The notes under the pieces are model-generated. The model was not told where the DNA came from and made no database searches. It worked only from the letters and a program-made list of their open reading frames with translations. A stretch of DNA of 32,000 bases, from the NCBI GenBank assembly GCA_963710915.1, contig CAVQCD010000008.1:284129-316128 (forward strand), read 5' to 3'. Source of the stretch: an uncultured Actinomycetota bacterium. Its GTDB lineage: Bacteria; Actinomycetota; Actinomycetes; Actinomycetales; Kineosporiaceae. Shown one piece after another: positions 19,991 to 27,455 of this stretch (its first letter is position 1; each line of letters starts with the position of its first letter). The position numbers and the translations under genes were made by a program.

Positions 19991-21257
19991 TCAGCCCTCC
20001 CCGACCGGCACCGGGTGCTCGGCGGCCGTGACGTCGGCCAGCGCCGCCTGCACCGTCGCCACGGCGCCGGACTCCCCGAACTCGCCGAAGATCTCCCCCG
20101 CGGACTCCAGCTTGGCCCGGGCCTGGTCGTGGATGCCCAGGTGGGCCAGCGCCGTGCCCTGGTTGGCCAGTACCCGTGCGTGCCCGAGCGGGTCGGACTC
20201 ACGGGTGCGCACGGTGAGCAGCTCGTCGTACATGCCGACGGCCTCGATCAGGTTCTCCACCGGGTGCGTGGTGGGCAGGTGCTGCATCGCGTTGGCCAGG
20301 TTCAGGGTCACCGCCGCCCACTCGGCCGGGTACTCCTCGCGGGTGTAGTACTTCAGCGCCTCGCGCAGCGACTGGACGGCGACCCCGCGGCGCAGCTTGT
20401 CCCGCTCGTCGCCCATCGGCATGGCCAGATAGGCCAGCGCGAGGTTGGAGTGCGCGAAGGCATAGCGCTGCGGCTGGGACTCCTTGCGCAGCAGCCGAAG
20501 CGCCAGGTGGTAGGTGCGCACCGCCTCCAGCAGCAGGGGCGTGCCGGAGCCGTCCCCTCTCGTCGAGGCCAGTTCCTGGTAGGCGGTGGCCTGGCCCAGC
20601 GCGAGCTCGGCCATCGCGGGCTCCACGGCGTCCAGCCCGCGCAGCGCGTCGACCGCCTCGGCGTAACCGTTCAGCACGTCGGCATCGGCGCCGTTCACCT
20701 GCTGCAGCAGGGCTGCCTGCTGGCCGAGCAGCAGGGCGCCGAGCACCGCGCTGACCTCGCGGGCCGCCGACTCGGCCGCCACCAGCGCGTCCAGGGCACC
20801 CTGCGGGTCGCCGGCCTCCAGGCGGGCGGCGGCCCGGGCGGAGAGGGCATGCGCGGCGATCTCCCCGGTCAGGCCCTGCGCCGCGACGTCGGGCAGCTGG
20901 GCCGGGTGGCCCAGGGAGTAGGCCGCCACCTCGACCAACGCGGCCAGGTCGCCGTCCACCTGGGCTCCCGCGCGGGCTGCCTGCGAGCGAGGCCGGCTCG
21001 CCGGTGAGCACGAAGTGGTTGTAGGCGTCGGCCGGCGAGGCCGCCGGGTCGACCAGGGCAGCCGCCTCGGCGATCTGACCCGCCGCGGCCAGCCTCAGCG
21101 GCTCCAGCGCGGGCGGCCAGTCCTGCGGCGTCGTTCCGGCCAGCAGCCCGTCCCGGGCGGCGGCCCCGGCCGGGTCGGCCAGCACCGCCTCGGGCAGCAC
21201 CAGCCATCCCGCCGGCAGGGGCAGCACGCCGATGGGTTGCGGCCGGGTGAATGTCAT
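19991..21257 (-). pseudogene. TPR-like helical-repeat protein, hydrogenase-cluster accessory, frame broken around 20960-21000 as sequenced
   Basis: The N-terminal ~85 codons from ATG 21257 (GGGAGAG upstream) read MTFTRPQPIGVLPLPAGWLVL...NHFVLTGEPASL and then degenerate into Arg/Gly/Pro text. The protein-like continuation (...AQVDGDLAALVEVAAYSLG... with Ala/Leu-rich helical repeats, to the stop at 19991) is in the +1 frame. The span is 1267 nt, which is 3n+1. Confidence 0.6.
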
Positions 21258-21266
21258 CGCTCTCCC

Positions 21267-21494
21267 TCAGAACCCTGTGGGCGGTGGACTGTCGCGCTCC
21301 GCGGCCCGGCGAATGTAGCGGGCCGCGACGTCGGCCTGCTGCTGGGTGAGGTAGGGCCCGATCCGGCGGCGCACCAGGTCGGCGTCGAAGCCGACCACCA
21401 GCTCCACCCACCAGCCGCCCCGGTCGTTCGTGACCTCGCAGCCCAGCACGGTCGAGGCGTCGTCCGGCGGCTCGGACGGGAGTCGCTCGGGCAT
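21267..21494 (-). CDS. Hypothetical 75-aa protein, hydrogenase-cluster accessory
   Basis: The ORF is intact and starts with ATG 7 nt after the endopeptidase stop. I recognise no motifs. Confidence 0.5.
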   Translation of the reverse strand: MPERLPSEPPDDASTVLGCEVTNDRGGWWVELVVGFDADLVRRRIGPYLTQQQADVAARYIRRAAERDSPPPTGF

Positions 21495-21501
21495 CCTCGA
21501 A

Positions 21502-22017
21502 TCACCTCGCCACCTCGTCGAGCACCAGGTCGATCGTGCGCTCCATGCCCGCGCGCACCGGGTCGGACAGCTCCGCCCCGTGGAGGGTGCTCGCGGCCTC
21601 GATCAGGTAGACCACCACCTCGGGCGGGTAGGCGTCCTTGAGCAGCCACCGGCCGACGGCCAGCGCGTGGTCCCAGCGGAAGGCGTGCTGGTTCAGCCCG
21701 GTCACCGGGGGCAGATCCTCCAGCTCCTCGCCGGGCACCCGGTAGACAGTGCCCGGCTCCACGCCGGTGCTGGCGGCGTCCACGATCACCACCTTGCGGC
21801 GTCCGCGCATCTTGAACGCCACGTCCATGCCCGCCGTGCCGCCGTCGACGAGCTCGACGTCCTCCGGCACGCCCCGGTCCCACAGCTCACGGACCAGGGT
21901 CGGGCCGACGGCGTCGTCGCCACGCAGCAGGTTGCCGCACCCGATCACCAGCACGGGCACGACCGGCGGCGACGGCGGCTCGGGCGTCGTCGGACGATCG
22001 AGGCGAGCCTCGCTCAC
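21502..22017 (-). CDS. hupD: [NiFe]-hydrogenase maturation endopeptidase (HyaD/HybD/HupD family)
   Basis: VLVIGCGNLLRGDDAVGP...VELVDGGTAGMD... is present. GTG 22017 overlaps the large-subunit stop (ATGTGA). It is in frame with the tail of track ORF 21502..23622. Confidence 0.88.
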   Translation of the reverse strand: MSEARLDRPTTPEPPSPPVVPVLVIGCGNLLRGDDAVGPTLVRELWDRGVPEDVELVDGGTAGMDVAFKMRGRRKVVIVDAASTGVEPGTVYRVPGEELEDLPPVTGLNQHAFRWDHALAVGRWLLKDAYPPEVVVYLIEAASTLHGAELSDPVRAGMERTIDLVLDEVAR

Positions 22018-23622
22018 ATGCCGCCCAGGACGAACTTCGACAGCTGCTTGCCGGTCCTGCCGTCGTAGGTGTGCACGGTGCAGACCAGGCAGGAGTCGAA
22101 CGAGCGGGCCACGTGACCGAGTTCGACCGGATCCACGGTGTTCTGCACCGTGGTGCCGATGAAGGCCTTCTCGATCGGACCGAGGGTCTGACTGCCGTCC
22201 CGCGGGCCGATGTTCCAGGCCGTGGGTGTCACGACCTGATAGTTCTCGATCTTGCCGTTCTCCAGCACGATCCAGTCCGACAGCGCACCGCGCGCAGCCT
22301 CGGTGGAGCCGAAGCCCTTGCCCGAGGCGTGCTCGATCGGCTTGGTGTAGAACCTGTCGTGCAGGTCGAGCTCGTCCAGCCACGCCTTGACCCAGGTGTA
22401 GTACTTGGTGGCCTCGTGCATCCGCGCCATGCACGCGCACCAGCACGCTCGGCCCGACGGTCCGGATCGCGTCCAGGAACAGGGGGTCGTGGTCCTGGTG
22501 GCCGGCGCTCGCCGCCTCGCCGGCGACGACCTGCCGCGACAGCGGCCCGGCCTCCAGGGGCAGGAAGCCGTGCCCGGGCACGTCGTAGCGCGGGGACTTG
22601 GCCCAGGAGTACTTGTCCTGCTTCTCGCCCACGAGGGGGTCGATCGGGTCGGTCACCCCGTCGAACGGGTGGTGCGAGCCGGTCCCCCGGTAGAACGAGT
22701 GGGTGAGGTCCTCGGTGACGCGGGCCTGGTCGAAGGCCGAGAACTCACCGTTGGCATAGACGGACCCGCGGGAGATCAGCGCCGCGTTGCGGCCCTCGAT
22801 GGTCGGGTCGGTGTAGAGCTCCGGGGCGAAGTAGGTGCCGGTGGACAGGTAGTTGCCCCAGCCCTGCCCGTAGTTGTCCAGACCGATCTCGAGCGCGTAC
22901 CGGATGAAGAAGCCGCAGTCGGAGTTGCGCTGGGACTCGTTCTCGTCCACCCAGTCCAGCACGTCCTGCCAGGTCTTGTTCTCCATCCAGCGCTCGACGG
23001 AGCAGCCGAGCCACTCCTTCTCCAGCCACTCGTTCTTCCAGTAGTCGAGGATCGCGATCGACCGGGTGACGTCGGAGAGCGTCGGTGCGCACATCACCCC
23101 GCCCGGGATCATGAAGGAGGAGTGCGGCCATTGCCCGCCGAAGATCGCGTAGATCTCGACCGGCTTGTCCGACAGCGTCACGCCCTTCTCGTAGGTGGTG
23201 CCGACGAACGGTGCGAACCGGCGTACCGCCTCGGCGTAGGACGGCGTCTTCGCGTAGTTCTTGTTGGTCAGGTCGATCGCGAAGATCGCGTAGAACCAGC
23301 GCGGGATGCTCTGCAGCGTCTCGCAGGCCTGAGCGATGTTGCGCACCCGGGTGGCGTTCTCGGGCACGTGGGTCCGCCACGCGGTGTCGAGGGCGTAGAC
23401 GGCCTTGTACAGGTGGCTGCCGCCGCAGATCCCGCAGATCCGCGGGGTGACGATCAGCCCGGCCTGCGGATCCTTGCCCTGGAGGATGATCTCGAAGCCG
23501 CGGAACATGCCGGCCGTCGTCCAGGCGTTGGTGACGACGCCGTCGGTCAGGGTGACCTGGAGGTCGAGGTCACCCTCGACCCGCCCGAGCGGGCTGACAT
23601 TCAGGTCCATGGTGCTGGTCAC
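22014..23622 (-). pseudogene. hucL: [NiFe]-hydrogenase large subunit, group 2a (Huc/HupL-like), frame broken near 22434 as sequenced
   Basis: The N-terminal part from GTG 23622 (AGGAG 6 nt upstream) carries RICGICGGSH and runs to ...DAIRTVGPSVLVR. The C-terminal 138 codons are in another frame (track ORF 22014..22430): MARMHEATKYY...GSTEAARGALSDWIV...HVARSFDSCLVCTVH plus an 18-aa cleavable tail. The span is 1609 nt, which is 3n+1. Confidence 0.9.
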
Positions 23623-23688
23623 GGGCTACTCCTGTGTGGTCCGTATGTGCCGAAGTCGGGGCCGGTTCCGGGCTGTTGCCAGCTCGGG

Positions 23689-24660
23689 TCAGACGACGAA
23701 CATGTCTTCCTTGGACCACTGCGGAGCGGCGATCCGGGCCGCGGCGGCATGGGCCATGTAGGTCAGGTGGTCGGTACCGGTCGGCACCTCGCGCGGCATC
23801 GTGCCGGAGACCTTCTGCGTCTTGAACACGGTTCCCGGCATCAGGTCGCCGTGCGGAAACTCCGGCTCGGTGCACCCGGTGCACGGGTGACCGGCCCGGG
23901 TCTTGGAGGACTGCCGGTTCCACAGGATCCGGTTGCACGGGGAGTGCGTCATCGGGCCACGGCAGCCGAACTCGTAGAACAGGCAGCCGGTGCGGGTGCC
24001 CTGGCCGAAGTCCATCGTCGACTGCTTGTACTCGAAGAACTGCACCCGGGTGCACCCGGTCTGGGTGAAGGTCTTGAAGAAGGTCTTCGGCCGCTGCAGC
24101 TCGTCGAGCGTGATGTCGCCGACCCGGCCGGCGGCCAGGGCCACCAGGATCTGGGTGATCCAGTCCGGGTGCGCGGGGCAGCCGGGGATGTTGACGACCG
24201 GCAGGCCCATCTTGGAGGTGAAGTCCGTGCCGAGGAAGCCGCCCTGCTCGCGCTTGAGGTACTGCAGGCCGATCGCGTCGGTCGGGTTCGGCGCGGTGGC
24301 CGGGATGCCGCCCCAGGAGGCGCAGTCGCCGACCGCGACCACGACGCCGGCCTTGGGCGCGAGCTCGGCCACCCAGTCCTTCATCGGGCGGTCGGCGAAC
24401 ATGTCGAACCGGCCCGAGCCGTCGGGGCCGATGAGCACCGTGCCCTCGAAGACGAAGATGTCGAGCTGGCGCTCGCCGGAGGCGCACTCGCGCATGATCT
24501 GCTGCACCGCGTCGCCCAGTTCCATGCCGAGCGACGGGTGCCAGATCACGTCGATCCCGAAGTCGGTCACCAGGTCGACGGCGGTCGGCTCCTCGGCGTT
24601 GAGGAACGACATCGTGTTGCCGCTGCACGCCCCGCCTTCGAGCCAGAGCAGTGTGGCCAT
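23689..24660 (-). CDS. hucS: [NiFe]-hydrogenase small subunit, group 2a (Huc/HupS-like), no Tat signal
   Basis: It starts directly with MATLLWLEGGACSGNTMSFLNAEEP, which closely resembles cyanobacterial HupS N-termini. FeS-cluster cysteines are present (GDCASWGG, PGCPAHP, CNR..., CTGCTEPEF). There is no RRxF leader. Confidence 0.9.
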   Translation of the reverse strand: MATLLWLEGGACSGNTMSFLNAEEPTAVDLVTDFGIDVIWHPSLGMELGDAVQQIMRECASGERQLDIFVFEGTVLIGPDGSGRFDMFADRPMKDWVAELAPKAGVVVAVGDCASWGGIPATAPNPTDAIGLQYLKREQGGFLGTDFTSKMGLPVVNIPGCPAHPDWITQILVALAAGRVGDITLDELQRPKTFFKTFTQTGCTRVQFFEYKQSTMDFGQGTRTGCLFYEFGCRGPMTHSPCNRILWNRQSSKTRAGHPCTGCTEPEFPHGDLMPGTVFKTQKVSGTMPREVPTGTDHLTYMAHAAAARIAAPQWSKEDMFVV

Positions 24661-25364
24661 CAGTTCCTCCTGGAGGGTTGTCCGGTCACATCAGGTCGTG
24701 CGATCACGGCTGGTTCTTCGGTCAGCGCGAGGAGCCGGGTGAGCAGCTCCTCGACGCCGTCCCCGGTGCGGGCGCTGGTGCGCACCACCGGAAGGTCGGG
24801 GGCCACGTCGCGCAGCGCCTCACGGAAGGCACCGTCGTCGAAACCACAGGGCTCAGCCAGGTCGATCTTGGTCAGCACGACCAGGTCGGCCCAGCGGTAG
24901 GCGGTGGGGTACTTGACCGGCTTGTCCTCGCCCTCGGTCACGCTGGCCAGCACGACGCGCAGCGACTCGCCCAGGTCGTAGGACGCCGGGCAGACCAGGT
25001 TGCCGACGTTCTCCACCAGCAGCAGCCGGGTACCGGTCGGCAGCCAGCCGGTGAGATGGTCGCGCACCATGTCGGCCTCGAGGTGGCACAACCCGTCGGT
25101 GACCACCTGACGCACCGGAGCTCCGGAGCGGGCCAGCCGCTTGGCGTCGTTCTCGGTGGCCAGGTCGCCCGTGAGGGCGGCCACCGCGATGCCCCGCTCG
25201 ACGCAGCGGGTGAGCAGCAGTTCGAGCAGCGCGGTCTTGCCGCTGCCGGGGCTGGAGAGCAGATTCACCGCCACCGTTCCGGCGGCGCGCAGGTCCTCGC
25301 GCAGCGCCGAGGCCAGGTGGTCGTTCTTGGCCAGGACGGCGGTCCGCAGCTCGACCAGGCTCAT
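24660..25364 (-). CDS. hypB: Hydrogenase nickel-incorporation GTPase HypB
   Basis: The P-loop is SSPGSGKT. ENVGNLVCP and LTKIDL (an NKxD-like motif) are also present. Its ATG overlaps the hypA stop (ATGA), and its stop overlaps the hucS ATG. Confidence 0.9.
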   Translation of the reverse strand: MSLVELRTAVLAKNDHLASALREDLRAAGTVAVNLLSSPGSGKTALLELLLTRCVERGIAVAALTGDLATENDAKRLARSGAPVRQVVTDGLCHLEADMVRDHLTGWLPTGTRLLLVENVGNLVCPASYDLGESLRVVLASVTEGEDKPVKYPTAYRWADLVVLTKIDLAEPCGFDDGAFREALRDVAPDLPVVRTSARTGDGVEELLTRLLALTEEPAVIARPDVTGQPSRRN

Positions 25365-25754
25365 GCCGCACCGGCCGCGGTGTGCGTGATCTGGCCGGCG
25401 TCGTCCGCGGTGGAGGGATCCTCGACCTCGACGCTGGTGAGCTCCAGTTGCTGCCCGCCGACGACGTCCACCTCACGGCCGCCGCAACCGGGGCAGCGCA
25501 CCGGGAGCGGCTCGGGCAGGTCGGCGACGGCGGCGCACTCCCGACAGGACGTGCGCACCGGGGCGCGAGTCACCTCGAGCCGGGCGCCGGCCAGCGGCAG
25601 TGCCGGCCGAGGCGACGTCCCAGGCGAACTCGAGCGCCGCCGGCACCACTCCGGAGAGCACTCCGATCTGCAACTGGACGGCGACGACCCTGCGGTCGGG
25701 TACCGCGTCGATCACGGTACGCACCACCGAGGCGGCGATGGACAGCTCGTGCAC
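25361..25754 (-). pseudogene. hypA: Hydrogenase nickel-insertion protein HypA, frame broken near 25595 as sequenced
   Basis: (V)HELSIAASVV...ALEFAWDVASAGTA lies in one frame (track ORF 25473..25754). The expected continuation LAGARLEVTRAPVRTSCRECAA...VRCPGCGG, carrying the two CxxC zinc motifs, lies in another (ORF 25361..25573). The span is 394 nt, which is 3n+1. Confidence 0.88.
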
Positions 25755-25764
25755 GTGCTGCGCC

Positions 25765-26256
25765 TCAGAGCGTCTTGCCGATGGACCGGGCCACTTCGAT
25801 CAGCAGCCCCATGCCCTTGGCCACGTCGGGATCCTTCAGCACGTGCAGGGTGGACCGGATGCCTTTCAGCTGGGTCCCGTTCCGCTCGGCGTTCTGCACG
25901 CCTTCCACGGCGGCCCCGGCGAACCGCCCGAGCTGCTCGACCACCTCGCGGCGCAACATGCCCGAGTCGAGCAGGGCGGTGGCCGCATCGGCGATCTCGG
26001 GAGCCTCGTTCACCAGCCGCTTGGTGGGCTCGGCCAGGAAGGACGCCGTGCTGCGGACGCCGCCGAGCTCCCGCAGCCCGGAGGCCAGGCTGTCGGTGAT
26101 CGTGTCGCCGCGCTGCAGCAGGCCGCTGATCGACTCGGCGGCCAGGGCCAGCACGTCGATGTTGTCGAGCAGGGAGTTGAGGGCCGCGGCCACGGCCGGG
26201 TCGTCCAGACGTGCCCGGAGAGCCTCCGCCTGGGACGTGCTGAGCAGATCGGTCAT
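25765..26256 (-). CDS. DUF1641-like helical protein, first gene of the hydrogenase cluster
   Basis: ATG 26256 has GAGGAGAG upstream. The C-terminal region GIRSTLHVLKDPDVAKGMGLLIEVARSIGK resembles the DUF1641 signature as I recall it. The track N-terminal extension is rejected. Confidence 0.55.
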   Translation of the reverse strand: MTDLLSTSQAEALRARLDDPAVAAALNSLLDNIDVLALAAESISGLLQRGDTITDSLASGLRELGGVRSTASFLAEPTKRLVNEAPEIADAATALLDSGMLRREVVEQLGRFAGAAVEGVQNAERNGTQLKGIRSTLHVLKDPDVAKGMGLLIEVARSIGKTL

Positions 26257-26327
26257 GTCAACTCTCCTCGGACGCGACGATGCGTCATGTGCGCCGAGTG
26301 GCGGTACCCGGTCCTGCTGCACACGTG

Positions 26328-26339
26328 CTTCCCGGGAAG
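26328..26339. promoter_or_regulatory. Perfect 12-bp palindrome CTTCCCGGGAAG upstream of the hydrogenase cluster (candidate operator)
   Basis: Read directly from the sequence. It lies 72-83 nt upstream of the first cluster gene (ATG 26256), in the only sizeable non-coding gap flanking the cluster. Confidence 0.25.
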
Positions 26340-26342
26340 ATA

Positions 26343-26357
26343 GCCCCTGACAGGGGC
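26343..26357 (-). terminator. Candidate stem-loop terminator after the DUF2510 gene
   Basis: GCCCCTG-A-CAGGGGC is a perfect 15-nt palindrome starting 9 nt after the TAG stop (26368-26366). Only a weak U-tract follows on the minus strand (UAUCUUCC). Confidence 0.35.
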
Positions 26358-26365
26358 CGTTGTCT

Positions 26366-27334
26366 CTAACCGACCTTCAACCCTTTCTGACAGGCCCGGG
26401 CGATGCTGGTGAAATCGGGCTCCACCTCGGGGATCGAGGCCCAGAACATCGCGTAGCGGCCGTCCGCGGTCTCGACGACGTTGAGCAGGAACAGCTCCTT
26501 GGACACCTTCAGCTCGGGATCGTCGAGGGACACCATCGCCTCGATCACCCAGGCGGGGCGGCCGTCGAGGGTGGTGGCCTTGTTGAGGGTCTCCTTGTGC
26601 GAGAACTTCTCGACCGTGTACTGGGTCGCCAGCAGGCAGCCGGCGGTGACCTTGGCCGCCTGCTCCACCGAGCTGAACCCCAGGTCCTTGCGCAGTTCCC
26701 CCACCATCAGTCCGGCGACCCACTGGCTGTCCCGGAAGTCGGCCACCGTCACGCTCTGCACGGCGCCGGAGGCCACCATCGGCGTGGCGAACTCCTTGGT
26801 GATCGGCGCCGGCCACGGATCGGGCGGCGTCGGGTAGCTCAGCCCGCCGGCGCTGACCCAGGCGGGGTCGGTCTGGGCGGCCTCGGTCTGCAGATCCAAT
26901 GCCTTGCAGGAGACGCCGTCCACCGACGGGGCCGGGATCGCCGGGGCGGCCGGTGCACTGGCAGCCGGAGCACTGGCCGTCGGCGACGGAGCCGCCGTCG
27001 AGGCCGAGGGCCGGCCGAAGACGTAAGCGACCCCCAGGACCAGCGCCAGCACCCCGACCACACCGCCGATGATCGGTCCCTTGCGGCGCGGCGGGGTCAC
27101 GCCGGGGTAGCCCGGGACCCCGGGCACGGGAGCGCCCGGCGCGCCGGTGCTTGCGCCCAGGTAGGCCGGCGCAGCCGCGGTGGCCTGTTCCGGGGTCGTC
27201 GCCTGCGCCGACGGCACGCCGTACTGCCCGGTCGGGGCCAACGTCGTGTGCGCCGTCCAGGACTGACCGTCCCAGTACCGCAACTGTCCGTACCCGCCCT
27301 GGGGATCGGGGTACCACCCCGGAGTAGCGCTCAC
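26366..27334 (-). CDS. DUF2510-domain membrane protein
   Basis: The N-terminal GWYPDPQGGYGQLRYWDGQSWT motif is followed by a Pro-rich linker, a TM helix (IIGGVVGVLALVLGVAYVF), an Ala/Pro/Ser linker and a globular C-terminal domain. The start is GTG. Confidence 0.7.
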   Translation of the reverse strand: MSATPGWYPDPQGGYGQLRYWDGQSWTAHTTLAPTGQYGVPSAQATTPEQATAAAPAYLGASTGAPGAPVPGVPGYPGVTPPRRKGPIIGGVVGVLALVLGVAYVFGRPSASTAAPSPTASAPAASAPAAPAIPAPSVDGVSCKALDLQTEAAQTDPAWVSAGGLSYPTPPDPWPAPITKEFATPMVASGAVQSVTVADFRDSQWVAGLMVGELRKDLGFSSVEQAAKVTAGCLLATQYTVEKFSHKETLNKATTLDGRPAWVIEAMVSLDDPELKVSKELFLLNVVETADGRYAMFWASIPEVEPDFTSIARACQKGLKVG

Positions 27335-27455
27335 CGCATCAGTCTACGAACCTCCGTCATCCTCGAGGTATCAACCGGCCGCGGACAGGCTCATCACGGG
27401 TACAGGCTGGTACGGCCGCCTCACCGGCGGCCATCCACGGCAGGGGGCTCGACAG

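Noticed and set aside
20199-21257. Track ORF of 352 aa taken at face value as one protein.
   Set aside because: Only the first ~85 codons look like protein. The rest is Arg/Gly/Pro repeat text overlapping the genuine helical-repeat frame (19991..20959). I interpret it as the upstream half of a frameshifted gene.
22405-24900. Long plus-strand ORFs antisense to real genes. Examples are 22405..24900 (831 aa), 13808..16132 (774 aa), 19382..21007 (541 aa), 8035..9552 (505 aa), 9257..10675 (472 aa), 24651..26099, 26360..27775 and 57..1331. Minus-strand ORFs 27357..29360 and 28846..29970 lie over the CotH operon in the same way.
   Set aside because: All have Arg/Gly/Pro/Ala-dominated, motif-free translations. 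Each lies opposite an ORF with unambiguous family motifs. This is typical antisense-ORF noise in high-GC genomes.
13729-25754. Programmed ribosomal frameshifting or transcriptional slippage as the explanation for the six frame breaks.
   Set aside because: There are no slippery heptamers or long A/T runs at the sites. The breaks hit six unrelated genes, and they have mixed sign (+1 five times, -1 or +2 once). Mutation or sequence error is far more parsimonious.
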